A DNA stretch of 64,000 nucleotides from Chara braunii (lineage: Eukaryota; Plantae; Charophyceae), in the NCBI GenBank assembly GCA_003427395.1, contig BFEA01000010.1, positions 3,390,632 to 3,454,631 of the forward strand, read 5' to 3'. Of this stretch, positions 1-12,459 are shown piece by piece (positions within the stretch are counted from its first letter, which is position 1; each line of letters begins with the position of its first letter). A program made the translations under genes and the position numbers. The notes beneath the pieces are model-generated. The model saw only the letters and a program-made list of their open reading frames with translations, had not been told where the DNA came from and ran no database searches.

Positions 1-760
1 GGGTGGTGGGTTTGACGGTGGGGGGTTTGAGGGTGGGTGAGACGGTCAACGGAGGCCTCGATTTTCGGACCATTTGTCAAACCATTTATAACAAAACCCA
101 ACGTTCATTTAAACCAAACTTGCAAGTGTTGCCAACTTGCCACCAATTCATGGAGTGGACAACATACTAAGTTTTACTAACTACTTAAATAAAAAAATTG
201 AAAAAAAAAAGACTTAAAACCCATAAAACGACACGGCAAAAATGTGTTCTTATGCAAATTCACTCTTTTCAGTTTTCAGGATTTTCACGATTTCTCAAGG
301 CTCCCCAAAAGTTCCCCAAAACAGTGAACTCCTAGACCGCAACAAACACCCAACTTGGCACACACAGACATTGACCAAAAATTTAACGGTGTTAAAAAAA
401 AAAAAAAAAATCCAATTGAATCAATGCCTTCAGTGCAGCCGACTATATCACGTCCAGAAAACACTGAAGAAATGACAGTCGACACAATGAGTCAGTGACC
501 ACACTATTTATTAAATGCAGTGAATCATTCATGCAGAGTTTTTTTCTAGTAACACGGTACTAACGTCCAATGCCACCTAAATATTGAACCCATCTCGCCA
601 ACTGCACCCTGCTGCGAAGGCCTGCCTGCATCTCGTCACCTACACCCCACTCCGAAGGTCTGCCTCAGTGTGTCATCTGCTGTGCAACAACTGTCCCACG
701 TCCAGTTTGTGCATACGCAGCAATGCCACAACGAAGTGTCAACTACCAAAATGCTCCGAC

Positions 761-931
761 AAACGAAGACACTGTACAAACAGTCTATCCTACTGTACCA
801 TGAGAGTTATCAGACCTCAGACCGGTAATGATACAGTTTGGCCATGAAACGAAGACACTGTACAAACAATTTATCCTACTGTACCATGAGAGCTATCAGA
901 CCTCAGACCGGTAATGATACAGTTTGGCCAT
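761..931. repeat. Tandem duplication, ~86-bp unit x2
   Basis: aaacgaagacactgtacaaaca...gatacagtttggccat occurs at 761 and 847 with few mismatches. Confidence 0.9.
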
Positions 932-2352
932 CAAAGACTGAGCTTGCGCATGTTGATCAATAGGCGGTATAGAGGCCGTGGCGTGCCCTGGCTATGCGGC
1001 CCCAGTCCTATCCTCTGCCTGACGCGTCGACCTATGTCATCATTTCCATCCGCCGCCCGACCTCTGGGCACATAATTGGAATCACCTAGATCGTCAGCGC
1101 CTGTGGTCTTGCCAGCCTCCTCAGCTGTGGAACTGTCGTCATGGTAGATGACCACATCGTCTCGTCTCTTCTCGACGCGCCCTGAACAGTCGACGACATC
1201 ACGTTTGAAGGCTGCTCCAGATGCACCACCGTGAAGTGCGTCATGCCCACGCTCCGATCTATGCAAAATGGTTGTCGAGCCTCCGACGCCTGTCCCTCCG
1301 TCCGCCACTGCCCCGACAGTTGTCATCCTGGTCGGATCTCTAGCATGAAAAGAAGGTAGATGAAGGCGACGGTGATATGGAATCGATGTACTTGTCCCCT
1401 TCTTCCTCGCCTGAGATAACCTCACAATTGCCGTCCTGGTGCCGTGGACATTCGATGTCTTGGCCCTCGTAGGCCTACCGTGTCGCTCCTCGTATGCTCT
1501 CATGGAGTCGTGACAACCACCATAGTCGAGGCCTATTGATCGCGTCCCCGCAGGGACATAGAACGACACCGTCGGCAATGCATGCACCTCGTCGCCCGCC
1601 CTCCGGTCCCTAGTCACGCCGTCATAGAACGACACCGTCGGCAATGCGGTGCTCGCGGGCAAGCCCTGCGCGGCAGGGCCGAACGGGTCGACGCCATGGG
1701 GGTGCGGGGGTGCTGAACGCATCGCCATGAGATGCGGTCGAGCGTCACCTGTGTGCCAGCCTCCGACAGCTCGTGAGATGGGCCCGTCAGCGCCACGCTG
1801 TGCGTCCGATGACGCTCTATGCTCGTGGTCTCTGCCCCCCGGCAGGCCACCATCTGTGGTCAATGTCCATGCCAGATTCTGCCTCGTGTCCTCGCCACCG
1901 CCCAAGCCGACAACTTCACGAACAGTCTCCTGGGTTGGACGTAGTGGGTCTGGGTGTGGGTCCCGCTAAGGGTCTGCCGGGACTGATGACCCGTCGCCTA
2001 CGAAATCCCTCGCACGGTGACCGTCCTGCGCCACATACTCTACATCCACTCTCTCGAATGAATCCCTTAGACTACGTTGCGCCACAATGCGTGGGCCGCC
2101 ATGGCGGTTCCGTGCCACCTGCTCCGCCAAACCCTGGTCCACCGCATGCGGTGCTCCCACATGAAAAATGGCGAGAGTGGCGAAGACTGTGGGATGCAGT
2201 ATCGTGTCGCCGGCGAACTCGTCGAATCCTCTAGACACTCCATCCGTGTCATCCACTCGACCGGTCGTTGGCGGTGCCACAATCGCCAAAGTGGGACATA
2301 AGAAAGTCGATACGTCGGACAGACCATCTAACACCGACTCCATGACAATCAC
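931..2352 (-). pseudogene. Degenerate low-complexity TE-derived ORF remnant, resembling the C-terminal tail of the hAT ORF at 7560-8591
   Basis: Broken G/D/R-rich ORFs; DDIGRRVRQR resembles NNIGSRVRRR in the 7560-8591 ORF. No catalytic motif seen. Confidence 0.3.
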
Positions 2353-2359
2353 TATGAAA

Positions 2360-2450
2360 CCACGAGTTCATTGAACGCGGGTTTTGCGTTCAGAAACCGA
2401 ATGATTTGAACGTGTGTTCAATGAACTCGCGTTCTCAACTTGAACGGGTT
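2360..2450. repeat. Cluster of TGAACGC/GCGTTCA short repeats, probably DNA-transposon subterminal repeats
   Basis: The same motif cluster, in both orientations, lies at ~9060-9180 downstream of the hAT ORF. Confidence 0.5.
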
Positions 2451-2605
2451 TGCGGCTGTAAAGAAACGGAAAATAAACAACGAAAAAGAAAGAAAACGAA
2501 AAAAAAACTTACCTACATTTGTATGTGTTGTCCTATTTGCTGTACACTTTAAAAAATGCATGACTGTGCCAGACTGTTTCGACGGACTTTCACGGAATTT
2601 TTTTT

Positions 2606-2630
2606 TGTGTGTGTGTGTATGTGTGCGTGT

Positions 2631-2666
<36 letters not shown>

Positions 2667-2674
2667 GTGTGTGT
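2606..2674. repeat. (TG)n microsatellite
   Basis: Direct. Confidence 0.95.
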
Positions 2675-3175
2675 AGAAGAGCAAACTCCTGTTTGTGTGT
2701 GTTCGTGTGGAATAGCGTTGTCGGCGCGAATACCCTTACAAGGGTATCCGTCCTGGTTTTTGCAAGTGACATAAATGAGTTTGATTTAAAGTTGAGCGTA
2801 CCGCTCAAGTCACGGCAATGCCAGTCATTTACGTTTGACTAAAGGTTGACTGGAGTAGAGGGTGAGTGGACGCGCAGGCTTAAGGCGCGTGCGATCTCCT
2901 TTTCCTTTTGACGACTGAAAAGGCTGGCATTGGTCGCCGACTATATTTTTATTCTTTTGATTGAAGTAGGATTAGCCCTGTGATTGATACATTTGTCTAT
3001 GCGTATGTGCGGGAGGGTGCGCGTGGCCGCCGTGGTGTAGTTGGAGTAAGCCGGCGAGGGTGGTTAACGGCCGCAAACTCGACTGTAGGCGGGGGCGAGG
3101 CCCAAACCGCCGTCTTGGGCCTGAGCGTAGTGCTGCACCACGTTATATAGGAGGTTGCGACGCTGGTCTCAGGCT

Positions 3176-3248
3176 TGGGTTTAGCCCTATTGGTTACGAC
3201 ATTGGACTCAGGATACAGAGGTGCGGGATCGAGGCCAGCGGGGCGCCA
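3176..3248 (+). pseudogene. tRNA-Gln-derived degenerate sequence inside the LTR
   Basis: GGTTACGACATTGGACTCAGGATACAG matches recalled plant tRNA-Gln(CTG) GGTTAGGACATTGGACTCTGAATCCAG at about 23/27 positions. B-box-like GGGATCGAGGCC, ends GCGCCA, TTATATA ~30 nt upstream at 3143. Diverged orthologues at ~27005-27080 and ~39185-39260. Confidence 0.55.
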
Positions 3249-3469
3249 GCGCAGCAGTAATGGAGCAGCGAAGGAGCTGAGGGGTTGAGAGTCTCGCGGG
3301 ACTATCCCCCTTAGTTTTGTGGGGGCGGGGCAATCGTGGGCCCGCTCGACAGGGCTAGGGGAGTGCCGAGGGGTCTTTTCCAATTTTTTATTATTGTTTA
3401 TTATTATTACCTTTCCTTTATTTTGGCTTTATCTGGGCCGGCACAGGTGCTAAGGCTGACTGTAGACCC

Positions 3470-3545
3470 TAAGAGCCTAGCTCAGTGGGTGCACCCTTGA
3501 ACTGTCGAAAATGTCGATCTGGGTTTGGATCCAGATGGCGGAAAT
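3470..3545 (+). ncRNA. tRNA-like Pol III box unit upstream of the U6-like sequence
   Basis: A-box TAGCTCAGTGG and B-box-like GGTTTGGATCC at tRNA-like spacing; orthologue cagctcggtgg at ~27450. Confidence 0.4.
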
Positions 3546-3623
3546 TGATGAGTAAAGCCAATTTTTTTGGCTCGCCCAGGGCTACTTTGGCCCCGAGGCA
3601 GCCGCAGGGCATTTGTATAGTGG

Positions 3624-3721
3624 GTCCTTCCGGACATCCGTTAAAGTTGGAACGATACAAGGAAGATCAGCATGACCCTGCGCGCAGATAATACGCATAA
3701 ATTGAAAACGGTTTCCTTTTT
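3624..3721 (+). ncRNA. U6: U6 snRNA-derived sequence (full-length, diverged) within LTR A
   Basis: GTCCTTCCGGACATCCGTTAAAGTTGGAACGATACAAGGAAGATCAGCATGACCCTGCGCGCAGATAATACGCATAAATTGAAAACGGTTTCCTTTTT is collinear with recalled plant U6 from the 5' hairpin to the T-run. The ACAGAGA box reads ACAAGGA. Confidence 0.9.
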
Positions 3722-5544
3722 CTGTTTGCCATGCTCTATTTTCTTTCCGACAGGGCTTCTGCGTTGTTCGGACCACAAAGCACTAGTCGTGTTCGCTTCG
3801 ACACGAGGAAGACGAAGGGGATGATCGTGGGAAAAGGAGTTGCAAGTGCGATCCTCGTTTGGAATCGGGCATGAGTGAGAAGACGGGATAAGCGGGCGAA
3901 GTGACGAATGGAAGGAACCTGGACGCAGGTTGCGCCAGGAGCACTCAACGATAGAGACGGGGATGGTGTCGAAGGAGGGAGAGTGATGAAAAGTTGGGAT
4001 TGCCTATCACGCCCGATCCTTAATGGATTCGGGGGAAGGAAGGTGTTAACGTAAGGCTTTTGGGCGGGTGAGCGTAACGGTAAGATTAGTTCCGGGGTTA
4101 GGTTAGCAGGACGGGTGTTAGTAGAGAGAAGCGCCTCGTGGAGGAACGACGAATGGTGGATATGGCGGGCTGTGGAACAAGGATTTCACTCGTTTCTTGA
4201 GGGGAACGAGTGAGGGAAGGTACGATTCGGGGGTTTTCAGTCGGGGCGAGTTGGATGGCGGAGTTCGATTTGGGAATTGGTTGGTTAGTTAGTCGGTGCA
4301 TGAGAACGAGGCGCACGGGAGTGATGGTGAGGGCGAACGCGACGAGGCAGGGGGCAGGAACCGGGCTCGGGACTTTACGGTTTTAGGCAGGGAGAGAAGC
4401 GGAGTGGGGGTTCTGAAGCTGGGCGATTCTGATAGTGTTAGTAGAATTGGAGATTAGCGGTTAGTCGTGGAATTGCGTTAGTAAGGTAGTGCGTTGTGCT
4501 AAGGTAAGTAGGAGCGGATGCATGTTTCCTCGCTCTAGCGGAAGATGCATTCGATTTTGCTCAGCCTGTCGGCGAGGGCAACGTGAGACTGGCCGCGGGA
4601 CCAGAAGTCTGCCGCTGGGCAACGGGTTGAACACGGAGCATCAAGGTAGACGACAATATTTCTTTATGTGTTCTAACGGAAGATTCGTTCGCATTTGACC
4701 TGTTATAGCAGCAGGCGGAGGACCGAGCGAGGGCGCATGGTTGGCAGTCGTGTATCTTTCTGAGGTTTAGTGGAGGACTCTTGCGAATTCGCCATTTCCA
4801 TTAATAAGGGCAGCTGGAGGCCAGCAGCGAAGCTGGGTGTTTACCTGTTAAGCTAATGCCGCCCGACCCCGTGCCCGGAGTTTCAGAAAGAGCAGAGGAT
4901 CGGCGGAAAGCAGAGTCAGGTGACCACGAGGAAACAAGAGGGATCAAAGGTAAGAGGCGCGTACCTGGGCGACTTCGTGTAGAAAATCCTTTCGATTTTG
5001 CTCATGCTTGCGTAAGGTAGCCGCGGACGACGGGGGGGGGGCTTACCTGTTGGCCATTGCGCTGGTCATTGGAGGAGAGGCGACTGGCTGCAGTTCGGCA
5101 GGAGACTCACTATGATCGGGCCCTTACAAACGATGACGGGAAAGATACTGCATGCAACGTTGTTGAAGGGACAGAGGGGTTTACCTGGCGGAAAACGGGG
5201 CAAATGAGACAGTGTACTTGTCTGTGCTCCAGGTGAATGTTCATCCGATTTTGCTCCTCGTATCGGCGGTCGTAGCCACGATTAGGCTCTCTGTGCGAAG
5301 GGTTGGACAACAGTGTATTTTTCCCCTGTTAGCGGAAGAGTGCAGCCTCAGTTTCTACGCTTGATGAGCAGTGAGGCAAGGCCGGCCTGCGCTCGCTAAC
5401 TGTTGTGGGTGATACGAAGTCAATCTGGTTGTGGTTTGTGTCAGTCGTCAAGGACCAGCCACGACCAGGGGACGAACGACTACTACTATGAAGGTTGGGC
5501 TTCCGCTGCTCGTTCTCAACTGCTTTCTCCTACAGTAACCGTTG

Positions 5545-6722
5545 CAGGGCCATCTAGGAAGGCCACCCAATCTCCTGCTTGCAGGGTAGGTCCTTTTCTT
5601 AACAACCTACACCAGGCTCGCGGGATTACCTCTATTATGGACTCTAGATGTTTGTCTATGTGATGGTAGTACCGAAGTTTATCCCGGAGTTGAGCAACTG
5701 TCTTCCAATTCTTTTTTTCTTGGTCTCATAGATGTCTTACCCAGAGCATCCCTTGTTTCCCCCATCCCTTCCATGGTGCCGTGGAGCTGAGAGTATTTGG
5801 CCATGGTGTGGGGAAATCCAGCAGTTTTCAAAAAACGGTTGCCAGTACACCTTTTCCCATCGTTCCGGTGCCGATTTCTCAGGGAGGGGGAGTCTGCGCC
5901 AGCTTTTCAAGAGTGTAGGCCATACTATTTCCACTGGGGACTCTACGCGGGATTGACCAGAAGCGATCTTCCAACCATGTGAGGGGGTGTACTTCTGGTG
6001 GGGCAGGCGGGGCCAGGCGGGCTACGTGTTCGAGAGCCTGGGCCCTCCAAGGGCTTGTGGTGGAAAAGATCAGCTTTTTAAGCCACTTCAGACGAAGGGC
6101 CTGGACTTGCGATGGTGGATCAATAATGCCTAGACCCCCGACACGCTTTGGTTGAATGACCGACTCCCATGCCACTCGACGTATCGCATTTTCCCGCTCA
6201 TCGTCACCTCACCACAAGAAGGCCGCTGCTCTAGCTTTTAGAGATTGGAGCGCTGTCTTACTTAACGACCATAGAACTGATCTGTACCATAAGGTAGCAA
6301 AAACCATGTTGTTAAGTGTCAGCGCTCTGCCAAGGATAGATGTGTGCTTATTACGCCAGTTGGCCAATTTTGCCAAGGCTGGGGTACTTATCTAGTTGTT
6401 ATTGGAGGGCGGGCGCCCCCGGGCTGACATGGAGATCCCCAAGACACGGACTGGGGCCTCGTGGGGGAGCCATTGAATTGCAGGGGAATCTGGTGGGCGA
6501 CCCCCCTGATGGTGGATCCACCATCCTTATGTTTTGCTTCCCCAGTTCACTACCATGTCAGATGCTGATGCAAACCTATCCATTAGTCGTTTGATCTCTT
6601 CCATATTATAGTGTGCTGCATCTACCATAATAGTGTGATCGTCTGCGAACAATGAGCATACCGGGGTGGCCTCCCGGGGGACCCGCGCAATATGAATTCG
6701 TGCAATGTCTCTATTGGTTCGA
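5545..6722 (-). mobile_element. LINE (L1/Tx1-like) ORF2 fragment: RT C-terminal part, 5'-truncated, with stops and frameshifts
   Basis: Motifs SLFADD (~6640), VNWGSKT, AWESVIQPKRVGGLGIID and LRLKWL; one frame continues ...IPRAWCRLLRKGPTLQAGDWVAFLDG to ~5550. Confidence 0.9.
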
Positions 6723-7530
6723 ACCCTGCTGTTGCCAGCGGAGACTCGTTTCGGCACGAACGTCATAATGATGACGAGGCTTGTGGACCTGCGGGGAGAG
6801 CTCACGGAGCTCGTGGTCACTGATTGCTGGCATGAGACTGTTTGGTCTACCATCAAGATCCGCAAGGACGCCACAGAGGTCACTGCGTGTATCGGGTCTC
6901 CTCCATGGTGGGAGGATTTAAGAGTTTTGTGTAGGATGTTGGAGCCTATCATGGATATGTTGAGGTTGGTCGACAGCGACACACGCCAGATAAACAAGAT
7001 TTTGCGTCCTTACGAGGTGATGATTGCATCTTGCTTGTCTGCGTGCCGCGACATCGATCGGGAGCAGCAGGACACTATTTTGGAGGTGTTTGACAGGCGG
7101 CGTACCATGTTCCGGACACCCGCCCACACAACAGTCATGTTGCTGGATCCCAAGTTCCGAAACCCGACGCTCAACGATGACCAGGAGGTGCAACAGGGAT
7201 TAATCGAAGCCTTGGTCCAGTTCGGCTACCCAGAGGGATCGGCGCAGCACAGACAGGTCCTTAGGGCGGTCGACAGGTTCCATACGAAGGAACCTCCTTT
7301 CCATGAGGTCAACATGCGGCGAGCGTTGGATAGCTACACCCACCCTGCCAGTTTTTGGTCTGCGAAGAGTGTGAAGTACCCTCACACGACCGTTTTTGCC
7401 GACAGGATCCTTCCCATCTGGGCGACTGCATCACCGTGCGAGAGAGCATGGTCTCGCTGAAGCTTCATTCATTCGAAGTCATGCAACAGGTTGGAGGTTG
7501 CTAGGGCTGAGAAGCTCGTGCGGTGCCACT
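6723..7530 (+). pseudogene. hAT (DUF659-type) transposase, C-terminal half including the dimerisation domain
   Basis: TLLLPAETRFGT, WWEDL...LEPIMDMLRLVDSD, LLDPKF, ASPCERAWS; premature stops. Confidence 0.88.
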
Positions 7531-7559
7531 AGAACCTCAGACTACTCGACATACCGTCA

Positions 7560-8591
7560 TTGTGTGACGATGCTCCTGCTGACAGGCCCGATTTCTTCGG
7601 GAACTGTATGCATTGTTGGCAGACCGTGGAGGAGGAGGTGGCAGTGGACCAGCAACTCGTCAGAGGTAGCGGTGCACTGGCGAGGGTGACCGAGGAGGAG
7701 TTGACTCACGCCAAAGAGAGGATGCGCATCGTTTCCCGCATGGGAGCCATGCGTCGGGTGGCGGAGTCCGACAGGAGGCGACGTAGGGGCGGAGGTCGTG
7801 GACGTGGCGGGCGTGGGCGAGTAGGTGTCGGAGGAACGAGGCATGGTGGCGGGCATGCTGCATCTGGGACTCGTCGACAGCGGGCGAATGGTTTCATCCG
7901 CAAGGCCCGCCAGCGTTGGGACGAGGGAGACTTCTTATTCGACAGCTCGTCCAACGACGACGACGATTTCTTTGCTATGGGGACCGCCGCGCATACAGAC
8001 GATGAGAGAGGTGACTGTGACGATAGAGGTGATGGCAGAGGTGGCGGTGACGGGGGAGGTGATGGCAGAGGTGGGGGTGACGACAGAGGTCACGGAGGAG
8101 GTGGGGGCGACGACAAAGGTCACGGAGGAGGTGGCGGCGACGAGGGAGGTGACGACAGAGGTCACGGAGGAGGTGGCGACGACGAGGGAGGTGACGACAG
8201 ATGTCACGGAGAAGGTGACAGCGACGAGGGAGGTGACGACAGAGGTCACGTAGGAGGTGGCGGCGACGAGGGAGGCGACGACAGAGATCACGGAGGGGGT
8301 GGCGGCGACGCGGGAGCTCATGGCAGAGGTGGCTGTGAGGAGTATGAGGACGACGGTCTTGTGCGTGGTCGTCGCTTCGTCTTGAAGCGGTTGAGACACG
8401 GGGGCAAACAAGATAACAACATCGGATCTCGTGTGCGCAGACGTCGTCTTCAGACTCTTCACGATGCGACCGTCACGGAGGCAAGCGTCATGCAGCATGA
8501 GCAGGTTGTCGTGTCTGAGGACTCCCTGAGCGACACGGAGGACTTGGACTTCATTCCTTGTGATGCTGACCTGAGGGGCGAGGAGCATTAA
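7560..8591 (+). pseudogene. Gly/Asp/Arg-rich low-complexity tail of the hAT transposase ORF, with an internal ~39-bp tandem repeat
   Basis: Directly downstream on the same strand; GGGGDEGGDDRGH repeats at ~8020-8310. Confidence 0.55.
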
Positions 8592-9231
8592 CCCGGTTTC
8601 GTTGAGGTGCCGACCACGTCTGTAGCGGCGATTACAGCTCTGGCGGAGAGTAGAGCAGGGTTGGCTCGTCCGAAGTCTCCGGCATGCATTGTAGACACTT
8701 AGGTCGCACAGGACTCCCAGCGCCATCTCACACAACCTGCAGTCGAGGTTCATGCGGAAGCTCGAGGAGGAGCAGCCGATGATGGGCAGACAATTCCAGA
8801 CGGTGGAGGGAATGTGCCACCTCCTTCCACCGTCGTTTGCACGGGCGCCCACAGGGCACCCAGCGTCGCGGTCCCCTCCACAGGCGAGGTAGCACGTCCT
8901 CCCACAGGTGACGTTGGTTTGGAGGACGGAGAGGTTGCACGTACTCCCACTTATGCCCATGAGGGAGAGGATGTACGTCCTGCCACGGTCGACCATGTTG
9001 GCCTCGCCTGCCCCACTGGCAGTCTTCCACCCACCGCCGAGATGATCGCCCTATGTAACCGTTTGAATGCGTTTGACGAGCGTTCACGTTCAAACCCGCG
9101 CATTCATAGCGTACATGCCCGCGTTCAAACTCGTTCAAACGCGCCACGTGTCATACAGTGGGGGAAAACTGAACGCGCGCCCCCCACCTGGGTGCGGGTG
9201 TCAGAAGCCACTATGGGGCACGCACAGTTTT

Positions 9232-9280
9232 TGGGGGGGGGGGGGAAAGGTGTGTGTGTGTGTGTATGTGTGTGTGTGTG

Positions 9281-9322
<42 letters not shown>

Positions 9323-9985
9323 CTGGATTGTTTGTTTGATTGATTGATTGATTAATTGATTGATTGATTGATTGATTTTGATTGATTGGATGGTTGGAAA
9401 AAAAATACGAAGAAAAAAAAAAAAAAAAACTGCGGCGGTGGCAAAGGGGGGAGCAACATTGGTCACCACGTCGAGGGCAGCGGTGGCTGCGTTGGGCCCA
9501 ACGCTAAAGACGTCATAGACAGTGGTGGTGGCGTTGGGGCCAGCAGCGGCGATTGGAGGAGGAGAAAGATGTGGTGGAAGAGGAAGAAGAAGAGGAGGAA
9601 GAGGAGGACGTGGCGGACAAGAAAGAAGAAGATGAGGAGGAGAAGAGGGAAGTTATAGCGGGTCCAAAAAAAAAAAAAAAAAAAACAGCAATTGCCACAT
9701 GGCACATTCTCAGAGGAGGAGGAGGAGGAGGAGGAGGATAGGGAGGACGAGGACGAGGAGGACAGGGAGGACGATGAAGAAGAAGAGGAGGAGGAGGAGG
9801 AGGAGGAGGATAGAGAGGACGAGGACGAGGAGGACAGGGACGACGATGAAGAAGAAGAGGAGGATGAGGAGGGGGAGAGGAGCAGGAGGAAGAACAAGAA
9901 GATGAGGAGGCAGACGAAGTTGTGGCGGGCGAAAAAAAAAAAAGCTCGAGGGTGTGTGTGTGTGTGTTCGAGTGTGTGTGTGTGA
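9232..9985. repeat. Simple-repeat block: G-run, (TG)n, (GATT)n, A-runs, (GAG/GAA)n
   Basis: Direct; the overlapping ORFs are translations of the repeats. Confidence 0.9.
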
Positions 9986-11063
9986 ACTGCGCGTTGTCGA
10001 GCGCATCGGTCCGGCACCGCACGAGGCAGCGCGGGACCCTCCCGACCGCGTCACGCAGGAGTTGGTCTAAATCCTTCGTCGCAAATATACATGGAGCTTC
10101 CGCGAGCCGCTCCGGCCGAGTGCGCCAGCCATACCTCTCGCGAGTCCCTACAACAGGATAGGGCCTGCGCGAGGCACGACTTACCTCCACCTTACGGGAG
10201 TTGTCACCTCCCTTCGGTGGGCATATCCCCGCCGAGCTACCAGTCCACAGTACGAAAGTTGATCATTTGCAATCGCAGAGGTGGACCAGCCGAGAGCATT
10301 TCTCGTTCGCTGTAGCATAGGGGGTACACGCGGTAATACGCCTCTATCAGACCCGCGCACGAACCGACGCATTAGGGAGGCTGAAATCCCAAGTGCGGCC
10401 CGTCGTCGGTCGACTAGGACGTATCCCACTCACCACGCGCACACCACTCTACGAACACAAAAGTAAAACGCACACACAACGGCACGCACGAAACGACACA
10501 ACACAAACAACGAGGCAACGCTCCTAGTCGCTTAGTAGCTATCCCATAACTTTCCGATGCGGAATCGGATAGGCTTCGCGTGCGGAACTTAGTATAAAAC
10601 CGCGCGGACGCAGGGCTAATTCATATCGACTCACAATCCAAGCGTACGCAAGCAGTCGCAATGATGACGTACTATGTAGTGCCCATAATCAGGCGGTCCC
10701 TCGTGGATCCGAGCACCACTTATGACACTCAAGTGTCAGACTCGAAGTATCCTCCGGGTCTAATCCCTCACGATATTGCACGGCTGAAGGAATAGTCGTG
10801 TAGCCACCGCGAGACCTCCGGCTTTTAGTCTGAGCATCTCGGTAAGCAAGGCAAATAGGCTCAGCACGGGGCCAGATTCCTTCCCTGCAGAGTCTAAGGC
10901 TTGGGGTGTCCTGGACAAGGACCTTGAATCCCGGCCATGGACCAACGTCCAACTAAGAACCCTCAAGAAGCAAACAGACACAAAGAAAAGATCTTCTTTA
11001 TTTTTCTCAATCCTAACCCTTGAGTAGGCCTTTAGTACGAGGCCCCTCACGTCGAACATAGGT

Positions 11064-11121
<58 letters not shown>

Positions 11122-11739
11122 AAAAATAAGTGTGTGACGATCACTTCTCACAGTCTTAGTGGGGCTCCTCACAACCATATGTATACGTGTGATCGCAGGC
11201 AGTCAAATCCAAAATCCGAACCACAAAACATACCTGCAATCACATCAAAGAGTCCAACAAAAGTCCATGCACTACACGGAGTCAGCCTCAACCAATCTCT
11301 ATACTCATACCCCTCGCTTCAGTCATGCAAGCCCCAACCTCCAGCCAACCAACCATAATTAAATACTCAGCACCTATGTTAAATGGTCATTCAATAAAAG
11401 TCTGGGTGAAACCTTAATGAAACAATAAATTCACCGGGGCTAAAGCCTTTTAGGTTGAGTATTGAAGCTGAGTTGGAGTTGAGTTGTAAACTGACGAATC
11501 GGCAACCGACCTGTTATCAGTGATAACAGAAGGTGATCCTTATAGGATCAAGCTGAATCTAGTCCAGATCTTGAATCAACCGATTAAGAGGACCTGTAAC
11601 ACATAACAGGCCAATCACCAAGCTAAAATCATAAGTGTATGGAGAATATAACTCCATAACACATTCTCACTCAAAATCTCCCTATAAGCTAAGCCTATGT
11701 CTACCTCTAAGCCAATGCCTAAACAAAGGTAAACCAACT

Positions 11740-12160
11740 GCAGAATCTCCCCTATTCAGGGTAGACTGCCAGAATCATCACCTGTCAGAATATAACCTAT
11801 CTCCCCTATTCATGGTAGACTGCCAGAATCATCACCTGTCAGAATATAACCTATCTCCTTTAAACTAAGAAAATTTCGGCAGCGCTTCCCGTAGGAAAAG
11901 TGTCTCTCCAGAATTTATATCAGTCCAAAATATGAAAACAGGAATAGTCTTCAACTTTCCAAAGTCCAATTTTGTCTAACTCCCTGAATTAGCAAAAATT
12001 TGGGCAGCACTCCGTTTAGAAAAGGAGACTCTCCAGATTTTTACTAAGCCATATATGAACTTTAGACAAACTGAACTTTGCAAAGTCAAAATTTGACTAA
12101 CTCCCTGGAGTTGCAGAAATTTCGGCAGCGCTTCCCGTAGAGAAAGTAGCGTGCCAAAAT
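11740..12160. repeat. Short tandem repeats in LTR A (~53 bp x2 and ~120 bp x3)
   Basis: ggtagactgccagaatcatcacctgtcagaatataacctatctcc occurs twice; aaattt(c/g)ggcagc(g/a)ct occurs at ~11872, ~11996 and ~12117. Confidence 0.75.
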
Positions 12161-12459
12161 TTATACAAAGCCAAGTATAACAAATGCTCTAAGAGAATGC
12201 AGAATTGACCTAAGTAAAAATAAAGTCAGCTCAGAAAATGCAGAAATTGAACTAACTCCTATCGTTCTAGCACGTGGCGAGCACCTAAAGCAATTACCTG
12301 TCAAACTGGAACTCAGACTAAGTAGTGGTGTCACTCAGTCACATGCAGGCCAAACCACAAAGTTAAGTACTCTCGTCGTCCCAAATCAACTTAGCAGACA
12401 ATAGTTCATAATCTTTCAATGCTTTATCCTCTTATACCCAACTTACATAAGACATAAGG

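Larger units (their letters stand above)
2719..5540 (+). mobile_element. LTR A, 5' part (giant LTR of a tRNA-Asp-primed Gypsy-type element), cut by an inversion at ~5540
   Basis: Starts tgtcggcgcgaatacccttacaagggtatcc like the LTR starts at 26467 and 38643; collinear with LTR B through the TATA, tRNA-like and U6-like modules. Confidence 0.85.

Noticed and set aside
3026-3090. tRNA-Val-like unit (TGGTGTAGTTGG A-box)
   Set aside because: No B-box or cloverleaf, and poorly conserved in LTR B.
3624-3721. Canonical functional spliceosomal U6 gene
   Set aside because: The ACAGAGA box and internal stem-loop are altered and no USE + TATA promoter is at canonical spacing, so it is kept only as U6-derived.
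9200-9215. hAT terminal inverted repeat (CACTATG; also at 2350)
   Set aside because: No matching partner end or 8-bp TSD was found, so the element boundaries are left undefined.
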